A DNA stretch of 32,000 nucleotides, from assembly GCF_002214165.1 (NCBI RefSeq), contig NZ_CP019964.1, positions 120,001-152,000 of the forward strand, written 5' to 3'. Position 1 is the stretch's first letter, and each line of letters starts with the position of its first letter. A model generated the notes under the pieces. That model had not been told where the DNA came from. It saw only the letters and a program-made list of their open reading frames with translations, and did no database searches. Positions 1-8,580 of the stretch are shown here, one piece after another. The translations under genes and the position numbers were made by a program. The DNA comes from Candidatus Saccharimonadota bacterium (lineage in GTDB: Archaea; Micrarchaeota; Micrarchaeia; Micrarchaeales; Micrarchaeaceae).

Positions 1-80
1 GAATAAACGTAAAAAGAATTAAATATAATAAACATTAAAGAGAATAATCAGTAATAACATAAATAGAAAATATTGATATA

Positions 81-3000
81 ATGTACATTACTAAATCTTA
101 TATAATCAATATGGCAGCACTAAGCCAGTCCAGACTATTGAAAACCATCATTGCAGTGGTGTTGTTTTCTTCAATTATTTATATAACATATTCAATTCAA
201 ATTGGTCATACTGCATCTGTGGCAATAACCTCAAATAACTTTAATCTATCTAATCTGTCCAGCAGCTACAATATCAAAGATAATCTGGTCCTTCAGAATG
301 AAAGTATAAATACCGTTGTCAATCCAAGAAATGGTACAAATACATCCAAATTAATAGCAGATCCAACTTTCTCTCCTCCTGGTTGCTTCAAATCCTATGG
401 TGGTATCAGCTACTGGTACTGTTATGTGGAGATGAATGTATCAAGCAATTATGACGGGACAGCAACTTCATCTCCAGGAGGATCAACTAGCACCAGCGAT
501 ACATATGAATTGTATGCAGGCAACTTCTATTATGTTAGTCCAAGCTATTCTGTAGATATATCAGAATCTCCTTCAACCGGCTATGAATTTGTAGACTGGA
601 CTTGCAGTGGCAGTGGGTGCTACAGCGGGACTGCAACATCAAAGAGCTTAAGCGGATTAGGAAGTTCCATAGAAGAAACAGCCCACTTCAAATTGATACC
701 AGAAACATTGACTATGAATGTCAACCCGTCAAATGATGGAAGTACATCACCAGGTGTAGGATCACATACATATGGTTACGGAACTACTGTTTCATTATCC
801 GAAACACCTGCCACAGGCTATGAATTTGTAGACTGGACTTGCAATGGCAATGGTTGTTACTCAGGAACATCAACCAATCCAACAGTAACTCTTAAAAATA
901 GCATAACAGAGACTGCCAACTTCAAGCTTATACCAGAAACATTGACTATGAATATGAACCCATCTTCAGGAGGTAGTATATCACCTTCAGTTGGAAACTA
1001 CATTTATAACTACGGAACTGTTATCACAATAACAGAATCTCCTTCAACCGGATATGAATTTACGGGCTGGACAGGTAGTGGAAGCGGCAGTTATACAGGA
1101 AACAAGTCTGTATCAAGCGTAACAATGGACAGTGCAATAACAGAGACTGCCAACTTCAAGCTTATTCCAGAAACGTTGACTATGAATGTCAATCCATCTT
1201 CAGGAGGTACAACTTCGCCTTCTGTTGGAACTTACACATATAACTATGGAACTTCCATTACAATATCTGAGACTCCAAATCCCGGCTACACATTTTATGA
1301 TTGGACTTGCGGTGGGTACGACTGCTACAGCGGCACATCACAATCTGCCACAATAAAATCCAATAATTCAATATCTGAAACAGCAAATTATGAAGTCAAT
1401 CTAACAATGGAGGTTTCTCCAACTGGAACTGGGAGCACCACCCCATCAATAGGTATCCATCCATATGCTTATGGAACATCAGTACTGATATCCGAAACAC
1501 CTGCAAAATATTATGAATTTGTAAAATGGATAGGATCGACAAATAGCAGTTATTCAGGGAATGCAACCTCCACTTATATTACTTTAAACTATCCAACGAC
1601 AGAGGAGGCGGTGTTCAAGGTAATACCTTTGGTGCTCTATACACCTTCAGTAAGTGCAAGTTCTATAGAAGATGGCCAATCTGAGACGATAACAGAAAAA
1701 TTATCTGGTGGGCTTCCAAACTATACCTATATAGCAAATATCTACTGGTACAATACGTCGGATAATGCTTATGTTAAGGTAAATTCTACTAAAATTATAA
1801 CTTCTAACAGTAGCTCTTCTGTAACATTCTATTCAGAGTACTATCCTTTAGGCAAATATAAGGTCAATTATACAGTAACCGATTCGGAATCTCCCCCAGT
1901 TACTGAAATTTCCGGCTCAAATTATTTTGAAGTAACCTTGCCAATGAGTGTAGAAATTAAACCAGAATATGCTTCCTATGACGCAGGTGAAAGTATTACG
2001 CTTAATGCAATAGTAAGCGGTGGTACATCACCATATTCATACAAATGGTACAACAATACTTCAGGATCCCCCTCAGTGATGAGCAGCTATACTTCAAACT
2101 CAATCACTTTAAGCACTTCAAATGTAAAATCCAATTCCACATTTGAATATTTCGTAAATGTTACCGATTCTGCAAGCAGCCCCCAGACAATAGAATCCAA
2201 AATTTCACACATAAATGTGTTCTACCCTGGATTATCCAAGCCTAATTTCACAGTTTTACCGAGCAATAATATACTTGGAGTTGAAACTTATCCTGAATAT
2301 ACAAATATATCGTTTAATGCCAGCGGGGTAAGTGGCGGTGATCCTCCTTATACATACAGCTTTAGCATATACAGAAACAGTACATCAGGAAAAGTGCTAT
2401 ATGTTAGCAAATCAGTTGTATCAAGTTCCAGCTTCTACAACATCAGCTATAATTTTACAAGCACAGGCAACTATACTGCGAACGTATCGGTAAGTGATTC
2501 TGCGACAGTACCCGAAGTGCAATCCTCGAAGACTATAAAAATTAACATATACTCCGCTTATGGTGGAATAGTAGGTCCTGCGCCACTTACTTGCCCTAAA
2601 AATGTAAAATTAACCCCCGGAACAACAACCATATCCGGAAGCCAAACTTTATACAGTTCCCAATGCTACTACAACCTAACTGTTGATTCGGGCGCAACCT
2701 TGACTTTGTTAAGCGGGGTAAATATTACAGTGCTAAATACGTTTACCAATAATGGGGTAATAACAAGCTCCGGCGAAGGTGAAAGCGGGTATAGCACCAG
2801 CAATGGTTACGGCAACAATGGAAATGCGGATTACCAGAGTTATGCAGGCGGAGAGGGAGGAACTGCTGTAGACTATAACTCTTATGACGCAATAGATATA
2901 GGTGCTACTGCAATAGGTGGTGCCGGAGGTAATGGTCCGTCTATAAAGCATGCAAACTATGTCCATAGTGGAAATGGGAATTTGAGCAATGGCGGCAACT

Positions 3001-6000
3001 ACAGCGGTGCAGGAGGAGCAGGAACCGGATGGGGCACCTTGACAGGAGGTAAACCACCGGGATTTGGAGGCTCTGGCGCTGCTGGAGGGTTTATAGAAAT
3101 AAAAGCCCTTAATTTCTTGAATAATGGAAAGATAGAATCAAATGGGGCAGAAGGCACACCATATAACGTTACGGGTGCAGAAGAATGCGTTCCATTTACA
3201 AGTATTTGCGCAAAGCAAATTTCGGAAGGCGAAGGAGGGGGAGGTTCTGGTGGTGAAATACTGCTGGTTGCTGAATCAAACAGTATTTCAGATGTCAATA
3301 TAGGGAATGTGGAAGCGGAAGGCGGCAATACCGATTCACTTACCTGTGGCACTAGCGGAGTTTACTATGCAGCATCTGGAAGCGGCGGCGGTGGAGGCGT
3401 GGTGATCGTAGAAGCAAGGAGCAGCGTTAAAAATGGAGAGGGTAGTAGCCTTACAAGTGGAATCAATGTAAATGGGGGTACAGCAGGGTCAGTGACAGAT
3501 CAGGACTCAACATACTGCTATAAATATGGAAATGGCAATGACGGAACGAAAGGAAACGTTTATACCTCGACACTGGCATTGATGGCCTATGTACCAAAAA
3601 TATGCAGAGGTCCTGCACCCAATGGAACAGGCCTGCCAACATTGAATGACGGATATTGCTATTTCAATGAATCTGTTGTAACAACAACCCAATACAGCGA
3701 TGGATTGTCGGGCAGCCTCTCAGTAACCGATTCAGAGCCCCCTTCAGAGTCGCCGTCATCTGCAAACGCAATTAAGAATTCTTTCAGCGATGCCGGATGG
3801 CTTATAACATGTCCAAATGCTCCCCAGCCCGGAGATGTGATAGAATATTTTATGTCTAACAAAAACTCTTATATAGGAGGGGATGAGTGCCTAACAAACA
3901 ATACCCCATCCGTGGATGGAGTCGGTCTTTCAACCTTTGTCGAATGGACAAATTCAACTCCTGCATTTGCAAATGTATCAATATACATAAGCAACGACAC
4001 TCCAACAATAAGGAATTTGGGATATATAGGAGAGGTTAATTATACAGACATACCTGCAAGCTCACCATTCTCAAATCTAAACTCAAACGAATACATAATT
4101 TCCAATGGATATAACAGCCAGTCGTATATGTTTGATTCAGTGCCTGATTCCCCAGAGGCCGGGATATGGAGCTGGGACATAAAACTGCCTGATGTGTCAT
4201 CGGTTTCCATATCAAAGCCAATATCCCATACACTAACTAACTTATACTATTACAACGAAACAGGAGATAAAGGAATAGAAGACTGCAATATAACATATGA
4301 TTACTCAGAGAATGCAACATTGAACAATATAAGGAATGCATACATACCAATACCAGGAAATGTCACTCCAAAACCTACCGTTGAATCTTACTTCAACAAT
4401 TCAGGATTTTACTGGAAAGTTCCAAGTGTCTCAAAATCAAGTGCATTCAGCAGCGGGCTTGCATATGTAAGCTGCGCCTATTATCTTTACCAAGGTTCAT
4501 CATCATCAACATTATGCCCGTCTGGGAGCTATAGTTTGGTCACAAACAAAGCTGACTTCTACTTAAACACATCAGGATACCGCACAACAAGCGATGGGAT
4601 AAGTTTGAGCCATAACCTCTTTTTATACACCAGTAGTTCCGGGAGCTATTACCTTATGTCAGTAGAAAGCAGCACAAAAGGAGGATTAGATGGTGTTTTA
4701 GGATACACCTATTATACTTTTGAAACTCCTGCAACACAGCCGTTTACAGATGTAAACGCCACTGTTCTGCCTTACTTGCTTTACAATATAAGCATGCCTG
4801 CCACGACAAGTGATGTAAGTGGAAGATCAGAACTAATGAACCTATCTTTTGACCTTTATAGCCCTTATAACTATATGACCCCCAGCGGCCATCTTGACCC
4901 GTTCAATTTAACTACCGGTTCTGGGTTCTTTGCAACATACAATGAAACAACTTCAAGCACAAGCCACCAACTGGTTCTGGCCCAGTATCCATCCAATTCA
5001 ATACACTCAAGCAGTAGTTCTACATTCGACAATCCAGATACGCAATTTACCTTATCCCTAACTCAAGCGCAGAGGACATCTAATGCGAACCTTTCAAGCT
5101 TCCTTAGCGGTGTAATATCAGCAATAGGTGGCAGTACAGTTGGAAGCTTCTTGGGTACAGGTTTCCCTAACCCCGCATTTATAGGCGAGTCGCCAGATGA
5201 CTACATCTATGCAATCAATTATACACATACAAGCGGATGGCTGGATTTCAATTCAAAGACAACCACAGATTTGGCAGAATTGCGTTACATACCTAAAGGC
5301 TATTACAACATGCTAAACATACAGCCAAGCGAGATAGCGAATGAAAGAGAAAGCAATTTGAGCAGTTGGGATAATGCATGGGCTGTTTTCTGGAATGATT
5401 CCTTATTGGAACAGGCCCACAACCTTTTCATAACTGATGTAATACCAATATCAAATTACACAACTTCATGGTTTGGTGCACTGAATGGCAATACCAATAA
5501 AGAGGTGTTCCAGTATTTTGTGCCTACATCAATGGTAACTGATTACGCAGGAGACATATTCGTAGTTGGAAAATTCACTGCTCCCAAAAGTATCTGGGGC
5601 GACATCGTAAATGTATTCGATTCGGGTGCATCCGGGCAGTTTGAACTGGCCGCTGTCTACTCAAATGGCACTGCAAAATCAGAAGTGGACCCTATAACCA
5701 GTGGCCAATCATTTGAGCCAACATCAGAGATGGCAGTAGCACCTGGAGGGCAGTACATATATCTTGCAAATTCATCCTACGGTTACATACCATTTTATTC
5801 AGGATCCTCTTTGAAGCCTGCAGGATACCAGATAGATACAAGTTATAATACATCGACAACAATGTTTAATATAACAAGCTACCTAGCACATGGAGGGCCT
5901 TTTGACAACTCTACAATAGCATCTTTCTACAAAGGAATGCCGGCAGCATATGACAATGATTCAAACCACCACATTTATGGATTAGGAGAGGCAGGCGGAC

Positions 6001-8498
6001 TTCTTTATGTACTCGATCTGTGGAATTTCACAATAAACGGGAATAGCTCAAGCATACTAATGCTTCAGGCTTACAATGACAATGGAACACAAGTACCAAT
6101 AAATCCATCGGCATACAACAACATGGTTGTGGACCCCGGCCAAATAGCACCAACTCCTATAACAGGCATAAACAATGAAACAGAATACCCACCCTATGGA
6201 TGGCCATTGGCAGCCAATATATCAGTCGGAAATAGCGGTTACATAACTTACTGCGTAGCCGACTGCAATTATACTCCAAGCAATATGAAGCTTAGCCAGA
6301 CCAATGGCTATCCACCCATAGGGCCAAAGATATCCGCATATGGATTGCCATCTGGGATGTTCCCGCACGATTTTGGATTTTCAACGGACTTTAATGGCAC
6401 AATAAACCTGCTTATACATGACAGCGTCTTAGAGCTCTGCACGGATTATAGCGATGCAGGAGACGGGCAGGCAATTCCTTATAGTTACCAATGCCCAGAA
6501 CCTGTGTATAATGAGTTTTTGACTTTCAAGATGAACATCAATAACTACACAGAGGTTTCGTTAGGCGAAAATTCTCCATGGAACTGCTTCATAAATCAGT
6601 CAGAGCCCAATTTGCCAACCCAGTGCGTCATAGACAGCAATTTGAATAAAATGTATGCTCCAATTGAGGAAGTTCCAAGCTCATTCAAATATATACAAAA
6701 CGAAGGATCACCAGGCAAATTCCTAAGCATCTCAACTTCCTTCTCATCAATATATCCAAATTCCACAAAATCAAGCCAGGGTAATTCTACAGATGTGACA
6801 AATCCAGGGAATGGGCTGAACAACAGCGCAAATGCAAGCAAGATATCCGCGCCAACATATGTCCTGTCAGAGAAAAGCATAAACCTCACTAGCCATATAG
6901 GAGGTTACATAATGATACCCTACTACGTAAATTATACACTGACACAGAATTACACAATGGTGAAGTATTCTGGCACAGCATGTTCAACCACCGGCGCCCT
7001 GCCAAGCAATAGCTCTAAAACATATACTTACTTCAGTGCTGCAGATGTACCTGCACATAGCGAATATGTAAATTCAACTATAGAAGGGGGGCCAACTTAT
7101 GGGGAATATGCATACAACAACGAGTACTACACAAGTTCAGTATATGACAACAGCTCTATAATACCTCCTAATGTCCTATTAGAAATGTTCACCAATAGGC
7201 TATTTGGGTCGGCCGCAGTAAACTATACAACAAGAGGAAGCAATTACATAGTGCAGGATCCATTGAATGAATCTCTTGCATTCAATTATACGAACGAGAC
7301 AATAAACCAGTCCGTAGGAAACAATAACTATCCCGGGTACCAGATCATAGGTGTTATACCTAAGAAAATTTCTTATACCGACCAAACAAACGTGCCTATG
7401 GTATTTGAGAACGAAACATCAAATATAGGAATAAGCCTGTTTGACGTATATAAAATCGACAGGTACACAGACACAATATCACTGCCCCTCTCTGGAATGA
7501 CCAAATTAAGAGGTTATAACAGGCTAATTTACACGTTTAAGGATGTATTCAATAATACCATCTATATGCCTGTTGACGTTGACATATCAAACACAACATC
7601 AATATCATTGAATGTGGAGCCGAACCTTAACCCTATAAACTCTAATGAAACCAACATAACTGTATCAGGGGTAGCAACTTACTCAAACGGAAGTGTGGAC
7701 TCATTAGAATACCTACCAAAAGGCTCATTGATATACATTTATTATAACAGAAACATTAACTTCTACAATGCAACTGATGTAAATAATCAGGATCCAAGTT
7801 CAGTATCAAATCCCGCCGCTTACCTGGCTTACGGAAACGAATGCACGGTTAACCCCACAATGTCCGGTTGCAGGCTTGCACAGCCATTGGACAAGCTTCA
7901 GCAAGGCAATGGAGTCGCCGAAGCAAATCTTACTGCATTCAATACACAATACAATAGCACTTCAAGCAATACCTGCTCACCAGAGCCTAAGAGCCTGCTT
8001 GAGAAGACCAATTACACATGCAATATCTATGGAGCATATGGATTGCCAAAGAGTGGCACGGATGTAAGAGGAAATGTAGAGTACTGCAACCCTATATTTA
8101 CAAATGGCACCGGAATGCTTACAAGCGAAGAGGGATTGGTAAATATAGTAAAGGTTGGCTCAAATGGTCAGTTCAACGACAGCTTCAATACATGCGGAAC
8201 AGGAGACGCAAAGATAATAGCTGAGTACTATGGAGCTTCAGGACCTGAGCCAATAAGCATAAATCAGCCATCAATGTCACATTCGGTAGAGTTCGACGGA
8301 AATATTCCAAGCGAGTACGTCAAATCTTACTACGAATACAATTACACTTACTCTCCATACTCCTCAAGCCAGACGATAAACATAGGCAATTTCTCATTGG
8401 CATTCAATGGAGTAAACGCGGTATACAGCATGGCACTGCTATCTGCTTTTATTGTTGCCGCAATGATTTACAAAAGGCGGCGCATTGCACAAAATTAA
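81..8498 (+). CDS. Giant (2805 aa) mosaic cell-surface glycoprotein or adhesin-like protein. It has an N-terminal hydrophobic signal/anchor, 5 tandem InlB-B-repeat-like modules, 3 Ig/PKD-like modules, a Gly-rich beta-helix-like module, about 1600 aa of unassigned sequence, and a C-terminal TM plus basic tail.
   Basis: Single uninterrupted ORF. The N-terminal hydrophobic stretch is LLKTIIAVVLFSSIIYITYSI. The C-terminus is AVYSMALLSAFIVAAMIYKRRRIAQN (TM plus KRRR stop-transfer). N-x-S/T sequons are very dense. Repeated motifs include PxTGYEFxxWT and SGGxxPYxY. The start could be ATG 81 or ATG 111. Confidence 0.9.
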   Translation: MYITKSYIINMAALSQSRLLKTIIAVVLFSSIIYITYSIQIGHTASVAITSNNFNLSNLSSSYNIKDNLVLQNESINTVVNPRNGTNTSKLIADPTFSPPGCFKSYGGISYWYCYVEMNVSSNYDGTATSSPGGSTSTSDTYELYAGNFYYVSPSYSVDISESPSTGYEFVDWTCSGSGCYSGTATSKSLSGLGSSIEETAHFKLIPETLTMNVNPSNDGSTSPGVGSHTYGYGTTVSLSETPATGYEFVDWTCNGNGCYSGTSTNPTVTLKNSITETANFKLIPETLTMNMNPSSGGSISPSVGNYIYNYGTVITITESPSTGYEFTGWTGSGSGSYTGNKSVSSVTMDSAITETANFKLIPETLTMNVNPSSGGTTSPSVGTYTYNYGTSITISETPNPGYTFYDWTCGGYDCYSGTSQSATIKSNNSISETANYEVNLTMEVSPTGTGSTTPSIGIHPYAYGTSVLISETPAKYYEFVKWIGSTNSSYSGNATSTYITLNYPTTEEAVFKVIPLVLYTPSVSASSIEDGQSETITEKLSGGLPNYTYIANIYWYNTSDNAYVKVNSTKIITSNSSSSVTFYSEYYPLGKYKVNYTVTDSESPPVTEISGSNYFEVTLPMSVEIKPEYASYDAGESITLNAIVSGGTSPYSYKWYNNTSGSPSVMSSYTSNSITLSTSNVKSNSTFEYFVNVTDSASSPQTIESKISHINVFYPGLSKPNFTVLPSNNILGVETYPEYTNISFNASGVSGGDPPYTYSFSIYRNSTSGKVLYVSKSVVSSSSFYNISYNFTSTGNYTANVSVSDSATVPEVQSSKTIKINIYSAYGGIVGPAPLTCPKNVKLTPGTTTISGSQTLYSSQCYYNLTVDSGATLTLLSGVNITVLNTFTNNGVITSSGEGESGYSTSNGYGNNGNADYQSYAGGEGGTAVDYNSYDAIDIGATAIGGAGGNGPSIKHANYVHSGNGNLSNGGNYSGAGGAGTGWGTLTGGKPPGFGGSGAAGGFIEIKALNFLNNGKIESNGAEGTPYNVTGAEECVPFTSICAKQISEGEGGGGSGGEILLVAESNSISDVNIGNVEAEGGNTDSLTCGTSGVYYAASGSGGGGGVVIVEARSSVKNGEGSSLTSGINVNGGTAGSVTDQDSTYCYKYGNGNDGTKGNVYTSTLALMAYVPKICRGPAPNGTGLPTLNDGYCYFNESVVTTTQYSDGLSGSLSVTDSEPPSESPSSANAIKNSFSDAGWLITCPNAPQPGDVIEYFMSNKNSYIGGDECLTNNTPSVDGVGLSTFVEWTNSTPAFANVSIYISNDTPTIRNLGYIGEVNYTDIPASSPFSNLNSNEYIISNGYNSQSYMFDSVPDSPEAGIWSWDIKLPDVSSVSISKPISHTLTNLYYYNETGDKGIEDCNITYDYSENATLNNIRNAYIPIPGNVTPKPTVESYFNNSGFYWKVPSVSKSSAFSSGLAYVSCAYYLYQGSSSSTLCPSGSYSLVTNKADFYLNTSGYRTTSDGISLSHNLFLYTSSSGSYYLMSVESSTKGGLDGVLGYTYYTFETPATQPFTDVNATVLPYLLYNISMPATTSDVSGRSELMNLSFDLYSPYNYMTPSGHLDPFNLTTGSGFFATYNETTSSTSHQLVLAQYPSNSIHSSSSSTFDNPDTQFTLSLTQAQRTSNANLSSFLSGVISAIGGSTVGSFLGTGFPNPAFIGESPDDYIYAINYTHTSGWLDFNSKTTTDLAELRYIPKGYYNMLNIQPSEIANERESNLSSWDNAWAVFWNDSLLEQAHNLFITDVIPISNYTTSWFGALNGNTNKEVFQYFVPTSMVTDYAGDIFVVGKFTAPKSIWGDIVNVFDSGASGQFELAAVYSNGTAKSEVDPITSGQSFEPTSEMAVAPGGQYIYLANSSYGYIPFYSGSSLKPAGYQIDTSYNTSTTMFNITSYLAHGGPFDNSTIASFYKGMPAAYDNDSNHHIYGLGEAGGLLYVLDLWNFTINGNSSSILMLQAYNDNGTQVPINPSAYNNMVVDPGQIAPTPITGINNETEYPPYGWPLAANISVGNSGYITYCVADCNYTPSNMKLSQTNGYPPIGPKISAYGLPSGMFPHDFGFSTDFNGTINLLIHDSVLELCTDYSDAGDGQAIPYSYQCPEPVYNEFLTFKMNINNYTEVSLGENSPWNCFINQSEPNLPTQCVIDSNLNKMYAPIEEVPSSFKYIQNEGSPGKFLSISTSFSSIYPNSTKSSQGNSTDVTNPGNGLNNSANASKISAPTYVLSEKSINLTSHIGGYIMIPYYVNYTLTQNYTMVKYSGTACSTTGALPSNSSKTYTYFSAADVPAHSEYVNSTIEGGPTYGEYAYNNEYYTSSVYDNSSIIPPNVLLEMFTNRLFGSAAVNYTTRGSNYIVQDPLNESLAFNYTNETINQSVGNNNYPGYQIIGVIPKKISYTDQTNVPMVFENETSNIGISLFDVYKIDRYTDTISLPLSGMTKLRGYNRLIYTFKDVFNNTIYMPVDVDISNTTSISLNVEPNLNPINSNETNITVSGVATYSNGSVDSLEYLPKGSLIYIYYNRNINFYNATDVNNQDPSSVSNPAAYLAYGNECTVNPTMSGCRLAQPLDKLQQGNGVAEANLTAFNTQYNSTSSNTCSPEPKSLLEKTNYTCNIYGAYGLPKSGTDVRGNVEYCNPIFTNGTGMLTSEEGLVNIVKVGSNGQFNDSFNTCGTGDAKIIAEYYGASGPEPISINQPSMSHSVEFDGNIPSEYVKSYYEYNYTYSPYSSSQTINIGNFSLAFNGVNAVYSMALLSAFIVAAMIYKRRRIAQN
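453..1620 (+). repeat. Five tandem in-frame copies of a 234-nt (78-aa) unit inside the giant gene (consensus ...NPSSGGxxSPSVGxYxYxYGTxxxIxExPxTGYEFxxWTCxGxGCYSGT...ITETANFKLIPETLTMN).
   Basis: Unit boundaries (TTCAA...CCAGAAAC) lie at 687, 921 and 1155, an exact 234-nt period. Degenerate boundaries lie near 453, 1389 and 1620. The motif resembles the divergent InlB B-repeat / Listeria-Bacteroides repeat pattern (GY.F..W). Confidence 0.85.
1627..2553 (+). repeat. Three Ig/PKD-like modules of about 95-110 aa inside the giant gene.
   Basis: Each module carries SGG(L/T/D)P(N/S/P)Y(T/S)Y near its first third: LSGGLPNYTY, VSGGTSPYSYKWY, VSGGDPPYTYSF. Each ends with V(T/S)DSxxxP. This pattern is typical of PKD/Ig-like surface domains. 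The fold is inferred only. Confidence 0.55.
2574..3560 (+). other. Gly-rich, locally GC-richer module of the giant gene, predicted parallel beta-helix-like.
   Basis: Recurrent rungs such as GAAGGFIEIKALNFLNNGKIESNGAEG, GSGGEILLVAESNSISDVNIGNVEAEGG and GGGGGVVIVEARSSVKNGEG. The module is bracketed by GPAPLTCP (N-side) and CRGPAPNG (C-side). Confidence 0.45.
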
Positions 8499-8551
8499 TC
8501 TAAAGAAACTGTGCATAATTTGTAAATTTGTAAAGATTTGTTAAGTCACCC

Positions 8552-8559
8552 TTTAAAAA
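8552..8559 (+). promoter_or_regulatory. TATA-box-like element (TTTAAAAA) for the tes-like gene. The spacing implies a leaderless mRNA.
   Basis: The element is centred about 25 nt upstream of ATG 8581. No SD-like sequence lies in between. The same geometry recurs at 22896-22909 and 26407-26415. Confidence 0.45.
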
Positions 8560-8580
8560 TGTTGCAATTCACTAAATTTA

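Noticed and set aside
81-230. Possibility that the giant protein's N-terminus is a class III (type IV pilin-like) signal peptide linking it to the filament operon.
   Set aside because: The hydrophobic segment is preceded by ...SQSRLLK... and lacks the [KR]-[GA] cleavage motif directly before the helix. It looks like an ordinary Sec signal or signal anchor.
453-1620. Possibility that the tandem modules are a diversity-generating retroelement template/variable repeat pair.
   Set aside because: Differences between copies are not restricted to adenine positions. There are five in-frame copies rather than a TR/VR pair. No reverse transcriptase gene lies in the window.
2999-3352. 117-aa minus-strand ORF (Pro/Ser-rich) antisense to the giant gene, together with the other minus-strand ORFs at 2733-2966, 3507-3862, 4036-4233, 6596-6889 and 7200-7385.
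   Set aside because: All lie fully inside the 8.4-kb plus-strand ORF, which has clear domain structure. The Pro-rich translation is simply the reverse complement of Gly codons (GGN becomes NCC). None has start context or recognisable motifs.
7876-8224. Two nested plus-strand ORFs (63 and 68 aa) in alternative frames of the giant gene.
   Set aside because: They are short, basic and of low-complexity composition, and sit in off-frames of a strongly supported CDS. There is no promoter or SD evidence.
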